Assembly (NCBI GenBank): GCA_963771075.1
Contig: CAVYSE010000008.1
Location: 1-64,000, forward strand
Length of the DNA stretch: 64,000 nucleotides
Reading direction: 5' to 3'
Origin: a candidate division FCPU426 bacterium
GTDB taxonomy: Bacteria > Oederibacteriota > Muellerivitia > Muellerivitales > Muellerivitaceae
The notes beneath the pieces are model-generated. The model was not told the DNA's origin. It saw only the letters and a program-made list of their open reading frames with translations, and made no database searches. This document shows positions 39,246 through 47,408 of this stretch, piece by piece. Both the position numbers and the translations under genes were made by a program. Positions within the stretch are counted from its first letter, which is position 1. Each line of letters opens with the position of its first letter.

Positions 39246-39494
39246 TTACACTGTGATTTTGATATCAATGTCCTCCGAGAATCGGTTGATGGCGTTGTAG
39301 GCTTTGGAAAGCGACGTGCCACCCTTGAAGGTCAGCGATGGGGCAATTGCGGACTTGAACAGCATTGACAGGGTCCAGACGACCCAAACATCCTTTTCCA
39401 ATAGATAGGCCGGGCGGCCAATCCTGGCTGAAGCGGCCTTTAGGGCTTCTTTCCGGTCCGCCCGTGAGAGCGAAAAATAGGACTCAGCCACGGT
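39246..39494 (-). pseudogene. AbiEii nucleotidyltransferase toxin, N-terminal fragment
   Basis: EKDVWV, FKGGTSLSKAY, RFSEDID, then an abrupt stop. Confidence 0.85.
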
Positions 39495-40080
39495 GGCCGG
39501 CTTCACCCAGCAATCTGGCGATCCATTCAGGGAATGAAGCCCTCGACGCGACCAGCAGCTTCCATTCTTCCTTGGAAAGTTTTTGGTGGATTTTGGACAA
39601 AGCCTCCTGCCCATGCGCCTGACCTATCCAAGCCAATGCGCGCACAGCCATTCCAGCAGGACGGTTGCCCAAGGATAATTGCCAGCGTGGGGCATGTGTG
39701 AATCGAATAATGCGATTCCCAAGTTTCATTGTGCGATTCCTGCCTGAGGTGAAGAACACTTCCTGGACGGGTACCTGAGTAGTCAAACCAAGGGCGTTGG
39801 CCGCTACAGCCCCATTAGGAGCCACTTCCTCGCCTTTTTTAACGGCGATAGACTTAATAACGGATTCCGGAGAGGGAGAACGACTGCCAAAACGGCCTTC
39901 CACGGGGACCACATACGCTCCGCGCTCAACCCGAATCAATTTCCCTGCTTTCGTCAGGCGGGTAAAAGCCTGGTCCACGGCGGCGCGGGTGTTGGAACCC
40001 AAAAATTCCTTGGGGGACAATACGCTTCCCTCCGGCATTGCCTTGGACGAACTAAGAATGGCTTCAATGAGGGGACTCAT
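39484..40080 (-). CDS. AbiEi-type antitoxin (DUF6088-like)
   Basis: RAAVDQAFTRL...GAVAANALGLTTQVP; upstream of AbiEii. Confidence 0.85.
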   Translation of the reverse strand: MSPLIEAILSSSKAMPEGSVLSPKEFLGSNTRAAVDQAFTRLTKAGKLIRVERGAYVVPVEGRFGSRSPSPESVIKSIAVKKGEEVAPNGAVAANALGLTTQVPVQEVFFTSGRNRTMKLGNRIIRFTHAPRWQLSLGNRPAGMAVRALAWIGQAHGQEALSKIHQKLSKEEWKLLVASRASFPEWIARLLGEAGHRG

Positions 40081-40223
40081 GGGAATAAACTCCTTTGTCA
40101 GAATTATATGTCAGTTTCTGACATGTTTCAAGGGACCATCTTTGGGGGTCTCAGAGGCTGTAATTGGCGCTCGCAGATTGGACAGCTAGAAACCAGGTTT
40201 TTGAGGGTGTAACGGACAGGAAT

Positions 40224-41675
40224 TCATTTCAACCCCAGCTTGTGCCGTAGGGCAGGAACATCGGGTTTCAGTAGATTGTTTCCACCCCTTTCTGAGTTCC
40301 GCTCATATTGATAAAGAAGCGCTTCCAAAAGTTCGCGTCCCTCGGGAATTTTGGCGGCTTGGCGCGGGGTGAGTCCTCCCAGGGCCGGAATCTTCTCGTC
40401 AAACCAACTTTCCCACTGCTTCGTAGCCATATGGGCCATGGCTTCCCGGACTTCGGGGCTTTCCTGAAGCTCTCGATCCGGCGCTAATGGTTTCCCTGCC
40501 AGCCCGCCCTTCATGTTTTTTCGGGCCGATTCGGGGGATTGGAGAGTGAGCCCCACGAAGGCGGCGTCCTGGCCCATGCGTTTTTCAATCTCCTGCCTTA
40601 TCTTTTTCGCGCGCTTCTCCGAGTTGACTTCCGCTGTGATCTTCCCCGGTTCCAGAACCAGAGCGCCCATGACCGTGCTGGTCCAAGATTTCATTTTCTG
40701 GTTGCCCTTCTTTAGCCATGAGAATTCTAACCGGCAGATGGCACCCGAGGGGTCCCGTGCGGCGTCGTCCCGGATATCTTCAAGTGTCCTCTCGAAACAA
40801 AGGGAAGCCAATCGGGGAAAAGCTGCCTCCACAGTGACCTTCAAATCGAAAGTCGCCTTGCAGAACATCAGGGGGTCGCCGTCGGTGTTGCACAGTTGGG
40901 GTGGCAACGGATTTTCGACGCTTTTTCTCATCCTGAAATAGGTTTCTCGGAAAAACGCATCCATTAACAAAAGCAGGATTTCGTCGGGGATTCCCCGCGA
41001 CTTTTTGACTTTAGACACATCTTCCCGTAGTTCAAGGATATGGCCCAGGTATTCAGGGGGAAGGGGTATCATCCCGGCTCCCATCAGGATGTTCGCATCG
41101 GGAAACCTCAGGACTCTCGAAAACAGGATGTCCCCTGGTCTAGCGTTTTCGGTGGCGGCAACCTCCGCCACTTCCACTTCGCCGCCTAGGATCGTGTCCC
41201 GAAGCAGTAGGGCGGGTCCCGGTTCCACCCGGCGCACCTGATAAAAGCTATAGCGCGCACGCATCAGAGCTAGTAGGAACCCAGTCTGATCCTCCCGAAG
41301 ATTTTTCTCTTGTTCAGCCAGATAGGCGGCAGCTACCGTGGGACGGGGGTAATCCGCCTCTGGGCCTGAGAGCTCAGACGGCGTCCAGATCGAGCCGATC
41401 CAGGGCATAAACATACCGAAAAAATCAGGGTCATCCTCGGGGATATCGCCGTCGAACAGTCCTTTCGCAAAAACCTTCAGCGCCCGGTCATAATCCTTTG
41501 GGTTGAAACGATCCCGAGCGTAATGGGCCAGTTTTGGGATGAGATCGCCCTCTAGTTCCCGATAACGCCGCCTAGCGAATTCGCGTTCCTCCCCAGATTT
41601 CCTCAGGCAACACTGCTTATATTTTTTGCCGCTTCCACAGGGACAACGATCGTTTCTTCCTGGTGATTTAGACAT
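40224..41675 (-). CDS. SEC-C domain protein
   Basis: GRNDRCPCGSGKKYKQCC; C-terminal W.DEKIPALGGLTPRQAA. Confidence 0.8.
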   Translation of the reverse strand: MSKSPGRNDRCPCGSGKKYKQCCLRKSGEEREFARRRYRELEGDLIPKLAHYARDRFNPKDYDRALKVFAKGLFDGDIPEDDPDFFGMFMPWIGSIWTPSELSGPEADYPRPTVAAAYLAEQEKNLREDQTGFLLALMRARYSFYQVRRVEPGPALLLRDTILGGEVEVAEVAATENARPGDILFSRVLRFPDANILMGAGMIPLPPEYLGHILELREDVSKVKKSRGIPDEILLLLMDAFFRETYFRMRKSVENPLPPQLCNTDGDPLMFCKATFDLKVTVEAAFPRLASLCFERTLEDIRDDAARDPSGAICRLEFSWLKKGNQKMKSWTSTVMGALVLEPGKITAEVNSEKRAKKIRQEIEKRMGQDAAFVGLTLQSPESARKNMKGGLAGKPLAPDRELQESPEVREAMAHMATKQWESWFDEKIPALGGLTPRQAAKIPEGRELLEALLYQYERNSERGGNNLLKPDVPALRHKLGLK

Positions 41676-41978
41676 GAAAACTCCGGATTCATCTACTTTT
41701 CGGGCATGGGGAATTATAGATAACAACATTACCACAACAAAGGGCCTTTTATTCCAGGCGAGATATTACAAAGGCAGTATGAACCTTCATTCAATGGCCT
41801 TCCCAGGTTAGGGGATATTGTTCGAAAATAACCCTCAGCTGCGGTTCTCTTTTTTAAAATCTCCTCCGCGAGCTTTTGAATTTCTACATAGAATGCTTCG
41901 AGAGATAGTTTTTGTTGCGGTTTTTTTTCTTCTTTTGCCGTGATAATAACTCATCTTCTATTCAGCATTACATATTAT

Positions 41979-42205
41979 TCAGATTTCCCTGATAAGCTTC
42001 TCTGGAAACGTTGGCACTTCATAAACCTGGTACTCCCTTGTCGGAAATAAGGGGTAGCACCAGACGCACCGCCAGGGGAATATCCGCGACATCGACACGG
42101 CTCGTCTTGACCAACGCGACCGACCGCTCCATGGTATCCGCCAACTCGCGTACATTTCCGGGCCAGGCATAGCCGAGCAGTTGTTCCTCGGCCGAGGCAG
42201 TAAAT
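41979..42205 (-). pseudogene. Sigma-54 activator C-terminal fragment starting at repeat copy 5
   Basis: LLGYAWPGNVRELADTMERSV; everything upstream is missing. Confidence 0.85.
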
Positions 42206-42242
42206 GTTGCACACCATCCTTTTTGGGAGGGCCATGTGCAGG
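42206..42242 (+). repeat. 37-bp CRISPR-like repeat, copy 5
   Basis: Exact copy. Confidence 0.97.
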
Positions 42243-42736
42243 GGTCCATCGTCTCGAATAATTCAAAATCGGCCGAAAAGTTCATCCACGGGATTAAGGT
42301 CTTAATGGCCAAAAACTACGTGGATAACCTCTCTGAGGAAACTCGCAAGGGGATGACTGAAAAGGCGGCGGAAGGGATATGGCCATCCGCCGCTCCCCTT
42401 GGTTACAAGAACATTGCCGGGCGTGACGGCAAGCGAACCATAAAGCCGGATTCCAAAATGAGCAGGATCATTTATTCCCTGTATAAGGACTATTCAACGG
42501 GGCGTTATTCCCTCACTGAAATAACTAAGAGGGACTGGAATAAAGGGTTGGTGGTCCGGAAAAGCAAAAAGATTCTTTCCAAGAGTACAGTTTATAAAAT
42601 TCTAACTAACCGGATGTATACGGGGGTGTTCCAATGGAGAGAGATAAATTATCGGGGTAAGTACAAGCCTATCATTCCGCAAAAACTTTGGGATAAAACC
42701 CAGAAGGTTATGGAAAAACACTTCAAGTTAAGATAA
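42243..42736 (+). pseudogene. Large serine recombinase fragment lacking the catalytic N-terminus
   Basis: EKFIHGIKVLMAKNYVDNLSEETRKGM...APLGY...ILTNRMYTG...PIIPQKLWDKTQ. Confidence 0.85.
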
Positions 42737-42791
42737 TCAGTAGTACTGAGTGTTCCTTTTGGGTCCCCATCATGGACAAAACTTTTCTTCA

Positions 42792-43937
42792 TTACGACAG
42801 TTTCATCCACCAGGGCGGTTGAAGTTTATGGGGCTTGCGGCCCACGGCAAATGGTGCGAGATCCATTTCCGTTTTCCCGTCCAAAATCAATTGCGTCATC
42901 AGGTGTCCACTAGCGGCTGCCAGAAGATGCCCATGCGTGTGGTGGCCCGCCGCGATAAAAAGCCCGTCCGTTCCCGGAACCGCGCCCAGGAAAGGGTGGC
43001 CGTCCACCGAACCGGGGCGGAAACCGGCGAAATAACCCGACACTCGTAGCGGCGACAAGGTCGGTGCCATGCGCCTGGCCGCAGTCGCCAGGGTCGCAAT
43101 GCCTTCAGGTGTCACAGCCCGCTCAAACCCGGCTTTTTCCAAGGTACTCCCGACGTACAATTCGCCGCCCCGGCGCGGCACCATATAGTACCCGGTCGCG
43201 AAGAGGATATGCTTGATCCCTGAAGGGGGACCTTGAAGAAGCAGTACCTGTCCCCGAAGGGGATACACCGGCAAATTGATCCCGAGCGGGCTCAATAGTT
43301 CCGGCGCCCAAGCCCCAGTGGCCAACACCACTGCGTCGGCTTCGATCATCCGTTTGCCTGTTTTCACCCCTTGAATTTTTCCGCCGCGAACCACCAACGA
43401 CTTCACCGGTTCGTTGGAGTGAATAGGCACTCCGGCTTTCCATACCGCTTTCACCGCCGTCAGACACATGGCTGAGGGGCGAATCTGGATGGTTTCGGGC
43501 AGGTACATGGCCTTGCGGACATCTTTCGGCAAGGCGGGTTCCTTGCGGCGAGCTTCCTTGTTGTTCAACCACCGAACCACCATACCCAATTGCTCCAGGC
43601 GTTTCGAAAGCGTCCTCGCGTTCTTTTCTTCCATCGCAGAAAACAAAAGCCCCATCGAACCCGACTTCTCCCATTCGGGGTCCACCCCGGAGACGCGGTG
43701 AAGTTCCTTCACCCAGGACGGGTACAGGCAGTAGGACAAACGGCTTAGTTCATAGAGTTCCGGGGTATCGAATGCCACACTGTGGAGGGGCAACATCCCC
43801 GCACCAGCGGCGGATGCTTCTTGCGCGGGCTCGTGACGATCCAGAACTACTGGCCGTGCACCGCGTTTTTTGAGGTGCCAAGCGATGGAGAGGCCGACGA
43901 GGCCCCCACCCACCACGAGAACTTTTGTTTTATTCAT
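42792..43937 (-). CDS. thiO: Glycine oxidase / FAD-dependent D-amino-acid oxidase
   Basis: VVGGGLVG, ASAAGAGML, P.RGQ, GFRPGS.DGHP. Confidence 0.8.
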   Translation of the reverse strand: MNKTKVLVVGGGLVGLSIAWHLKKRGARPVVLDRHEPAQEASAAGAGMLPLHSVAFDTPELYELSRLSYCLYPSWVKELHRVSGVDPEWEKSGSMGLLFSAMEEKNARTLSKRLEQLGMVVRWLNNKEARRKEPALPKDVRKAMYLPETIQIRPSAMCLTAVKAVWKAGVPIHSNEPVKSLVVRGGKIQGVKTGKRMIEADAVVLATGAWAPELLSPLGINLPVYPLRGQVLLLQGPPSGIKHILFATGYYMVPRRGGELYVGSTLEKAGFERAVTPEGIATLATAARRMAPTLSPLRVSGYFAGFRPGSVDGHPFLGAVPGTDGLFIAAGHHTHGHLLAAASGHLMTQLILDGKTEMDLAPFAVGRKPHKLQPPWWMKLS

Positions 43938-44104
43938 GTTTTCTCCCAGGTTCAGAAAAAAAGGGTCGGATCGCGGGCTGGCGCGACGATCTCTTGGTTT
44001 GGTTTCCAACCTTCAACATTTCGAACATAACATTTGGTTGTCCAGGATGGGTCCCCGTCATGGACAACCCGTTACATTTAGAGCGAAGTAAAATGGAACA
44101 AGGA

Positions 44105-44413
44105 TTAAGCTGTGTGGGCGTGGATCCGCAGTTCCGTCTTTACCCAGCCAGCGCGTTGAGCAAGGCGAAGATCGTAATCCGATTGAAGTGTGAGCCAGGT
44201 TTCGGGCGAAACGCCGAAATACTTCCCCAGACGTAAAGCAGTGTCAGCCGTAATCGAGCGGCCCGCATTGACGATGCCGCTGATGCGGTTGGGCGGAACG
44301 ATGATGTCGCGTGCCAGTTGATTGATACTGATACCCATGGGTTTCATAAATTCCTCTAAAAGCACTTCCCCGGGATGGATGGGATCCAACTTTTTCGCTT
44401 TTGTATTCATCAT
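44105..44413 (-). CDS. higA: HigA antitoxin
   Basis: PIHPGEVLLEEF...ITADTALRL...WLTLQ..YDL. Confidence 0.93.
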   Translation of the reverse strand: MMNTKAKKLDPIHPGEVLLEEFMKPMGISINQLARDIIVPPNRISGIVNAGRSITADTALRLGKYFGVSPETWLTLQSDYDLRLAQRAGWVKTELRIHAHTA

Positions 44414-44419
44414 TTCACC

Positions 44420-44698
44420 TCAGTGATAATCGACTATCTCAACGTTTATGGCTTCGCCCTCGTGCCAAGTAAAACAAATTCTCCATTGGTCGTTGACGCG
44501 GATGCTGTGCTGGCCTTTTCGATCGCCTTTCAACGCCTCCAACTGATTACCCGGCGGCACCCGTAAATCTTCGAGTCTTTTCGCGGCGTTCAAGTAGAGA
44601 AGTTTCCTCCGGGCCACGCGTTCAATATTCCTAAAACGCGGAACAACATTGTCCAGAAAAAGGGATTCAACCTCTTTATCTCGAAAAGTTCGAATCAT
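44420..44698 (-). CDS. higB: HigB toxin
   Basis: DLRVPPGNQLEALKGDRKGQHSIRVNDQWRICF...IVDYH. Confidence 0.93.
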   Translation of the reverse strand: MIRTFRDKEVESLFLDNVVPRFRNIERVARRKLLYLNAAKRLEDLRVPPGNQLEALKGDRKGQHSIRVNDQWRICFTWHEGEAINVEIVDYH

Positions 44699-44764
44699 AA
44701 GTTATGCTATTACGAGGTGCGTAATAGGTCAAGTGAAATTGACAAAATGTCGCGAAAAGAAGGG

Positions 44765-44801
44765 GTTGCACACCATCCTTTTTGGGAGGGCCATGTGCAG
44801 G
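44765..44801 (+). repeat. 37-bp CRISPR-like repeat, copy 6
   Basis: Exact copy. Confidence 0.97.
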
Positions 44802-45544
44802 AAATTCGAATAATCTGTTTCTTTTAATATATAAAATACATTGTCAAAAGTTTTTTTCTCTCGATTAAACGGCTTACAAATCATTTCCGACCCACGAATA
44901 TCAATGATCATCGTTTCTGTTTTGCCCATAATTACCGAATGATTCGTTTCGTGTGCCGCAATGTTTTGCCCATACAAACTGAATAGAGAAGGACAAACAT
45001 ATAAACTCCAAAAAGCTAAATAGAACGCACGGCCAAATTTATTAATAAACCAGTATTCAAAATCCGAATGAATAATGCTTGGGGACGGTTTTTCAGCTCT
45101 GGACCAAATTTTATTATGTCTTTCCCAGTAAGGAAGACCCGTACTTTTATAACGAAATGCTGGTAATAAAAACTCGATCGATAAAAAACCCAAAAAAATC
45201 AGTAAATAAACCTTCCAATTTTCCCATCCAAAAACCAATGTACATATAAAAAACAAAGGAAGACAAACGCCCCAAATCAAAAACCCTTTTCTCACCCTCG
45301 TATCTTTTCTTGGGAAATACATAAATACATAATTCAATGCAAAAACCACAAAAACAATAACTCCCAAAATCGGGTTAGCAATTGTTAAAAGGGATGAAAA
45401 ATCAAACTCAACGCAGTTTGCCGGAATGCGGTAATTAGAAAAATAACCAGACTTATATCCAAAAGCACATAAATAAAATAAAGCGGAGATGTAAATTACA
45501 AAAAGGCCCTTATCAAAATTTAGACTTTTATTTTCGTCGGCCAA
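44802..45544 (-). CDS. Multi-pass membrane protein whose 3' end runs into repeat copy 6
   Basis: About five TM segments; no stop codon before the repeat. Confidence 0.65.
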
Positions 45545-45574
45545 TTTTCAAGCCTTTCTCTTCAGTAAAAGTCT

Positions 45575-46450
45575 CTATTTTAATAAATCATTAAGAACGT
45601 ACGCCAACCGGAGCCCCGCCTTCTCGAGTTGTTGGTCCACGATGGGGCGCATTTTATCAAAGTAATTACTCGGGAGGGGGTTAACGGTGTAGTCCTGGGT
45701 CCCGGGGCTCATACCCGGGTAAATCTTCGTTTTGGCGATCATGTAACTCTCAAAAGCCCAATTCTTTTCATTCCCCTTGGTCCAGGCGGCCGCTTGGTCC
45801 TTGGGGATCGCATTTTCAAGGGTGGTGGCCAGCTCCCGGGGATCCTCCCCGGTCTTTGTCTCAATAAGGTGGTCCCAGAGGGCGTGTAGTTTGATTTTAG
45901 CCCCGTGGCCCGGCTTCCCTGGGGCCTTGAAACGAACAAGCTTTTCATTTCCCCCGCGGTCGCTATCGTCCGCGCAATGAAGGGGCTGATGGAGGTCGCC
46001 CATGAAATGGACGACGAATTTAAGGGCCTCTAAACGCTTGGACTTGGGTTGGGATTCATCCCCGAGGATCCCTTGGTTAATTTGGAGCTGGTTTATGACG
46101 CAATCATTATTGGGGCAATAGGCCTGCTCGTCCTTGACCGTGAGCTCTTTCCGGATGGGAAGGTCGATGAAATGCCACGGGGCGGTTTCCGGGCGCCCAA
46201 ACTGTCTAACATGGTCGGCCCAATTGGAAATGGTGGCCAGGTCGTCCCCCTGGTCCAGAAGGGTTGTTATTTTCGCTTTGGCGGCCGGGGAGAGGTTGTC
46301 CTGGGCGATATAAGCGACTGTTTCGTGCCCAACCGGACCCCATGCGGCGGCCGGCATTGCCGGCAGAAAAGCAAAAAGTAGGGGTAGAAGGATACCCGAT
46401 CGAGGGGTGATCGCCTTAAAGAAAGGCCTCTGGATGAAAAAATTCTTCAT
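45575..46450 (-). CDS. S1/P1 nuclease (leader copy 3)
   Basis: AAA|WGPVGH, HFMGDLHQPLH; close paralog of 24194-25267. Confidence 0.92.
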   Translation of the reverse strand: MKNFFIQRPFFKAITPRSGILLPLLFAFLPAMPAAAWGPVGHETVAYIAQDNLSPAAKAKITTLLDQGDDLATISNWADHVRQFGRPETAPWHFIDLPIRKELTVKDEQAYCPNNDCVINQLQINQGILGDESQPKSKRLEALKFVVHFMGDLHQPLHCADDSDRGGNEKLVRFKAPGKPGHGAKIKLHALWDHLIETKTGEDPRELATTLENAIPKDQAAAWTKGNEKNWAFESYMIAKTKIYPGMSPGTQDYTVNPLPSNYFDKMRPIVDQQLEKAGLRLAYVLNDLLK

Positions 46451-46797
46451 TTTTCATACTCAATTCTCAACTCTTGAAAGTAATCCAGAATCCGCCGTTT
46501 GATAAGGTTGATTTCAACGTCCTTCAGTTCCCTGCCCAAAAGGCTGACGACTTCCAATCTGGCGTCCCGAAAGACCATATTGAAAGCTAGTTCAAACCAT
46601 TCGGTTTGTTCTGCGGGGGTAAGGTCTTGGTATGGTTTGTGGAGACGTTTGGGCCAAGGATAATCCATGAGCAGTTCCGGGCCCAGGAAGCCGTTCATAA
46701 AATGAGCAATCCGCTCAATGTCGGATTTCTTTTTCCCTTTTGGGTTGTACGGAGCGGGTATTTCTGACACAAAAACTCCTTCAAATATCTTCGACAA
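46447..46797 (-). CDS. Hypothetical protein, paralog of 25906-26229
   Basis: Near-identical DNA over the 3' ~250 bp. Confidence 0.7.
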   Translation of the reverse strand: MSKIFEGVFVSEIPAPYNPKGKKKSDIERIAHFMNGFLGPELLMDYPWPKRLHKPYQDLTPAEQTEWFELAFNMVFRDARLEVVSLLGRELKDVEINLIKRRILDYFQELRIEYEK

Positions 46798-47407
46798 TTT
46801 CCCAACGGCTCACCTTTGAAGAGGGTTCTGGTTCGTGGAAACCCAACCCTTTACACCTGGGGCAATCCCTACCTTCGCGGTCCCGCCCGGATCCCCCACA
46901 AACCCGGCAGGAGTCGAACCAAACAGGTTGTTTCCCGGCTCCATTGCAATCCCCGCATGGGAATTTTCCGGAGTAAAAGATTCCTTCCAGCCAAAAGCCA
47001 GGCTCGCCCGGTTCGTCCCCCAACCCTCCGCAATGGTCGCAATCAACTTCGCCCCACATTAGGTCGAAAGGTACTGTTGACCAGGCCCCGACCAATGGAG
47101 CGGTGTGTATTTCATCAATGACATGACCTAGTAACTGTTGACGACCAGTAATCTTGGTTGGGATGGGTGTTTGGGTCGCATTTGAAACGGTTGCCTGGGG
47201 TGTCACCTGAATCGTTGGGGTTTGGGCGGATGAAAAAGAAGGAATCCCGGCCCAAATGGTAAAAAGAAGGGGTACGAGGCATCTGCGTCGAGGCTTCAAG
47301 CCGAGATGCGAGGTTTGATTGTATTGGAGCCCGAACAAGGCTCCAATGACAAGACATAGAGTAGAGATCGGGGGAAAGAGGGGCCGTAGTGTGAAAGAAA
47401 ATTTCAT
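46781..47407 (-). CDS. Leader copy 4 + T/P linker fused to a DnaJ-type zinc finger
   Basis: MKFSFTLRPL...SAQTPT..., then four CxxCxGxG repeats matching 26595-26873. Confidence 0.6.
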   Translation of the reverse strand: MKFSFTLRPLFPPISTLCLVIGALFGLQYNQTSHLGLKPRRRCLVPLLFTIWAGIPSFSSAQTPTIQVTPQATVSNATQTPIPTKITGRQQLLGHVIDEIHTAPLVGAWSTVPFDLMWGEVDCDHCGGLGDEPGEPGFWLEGIFYSGKFPCGDCNGAGKQPVWFDSCRVCGGSGRDREGRDCPRCKGLGFHEPEPSSKVSRWEIVEDI

Positions 47408-47408
47408 A

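Noticed and set aside
42243..42736. The serine recombinase as the enzyme acting on the 37-mer
   Set aside because: It lacks the catalytic N-terminus and is itself cut by the repeat, so it is cargo.
13496..44801. Calling the six 37-mers a canonical CRISPR array
   Set aside because: Spacing is 0.5-14 kb and no leader or cas gene is visible, so they are listed as repeats and the CRISPR link is kept as a hypothesis.
13496..44801. The 37-mer as a MITE, REP or terminator
   Set aside because: There are no target duplications, no recognisable gene is restored across a copy, and all copies are identical and co-oriented at mid-gene breaks.
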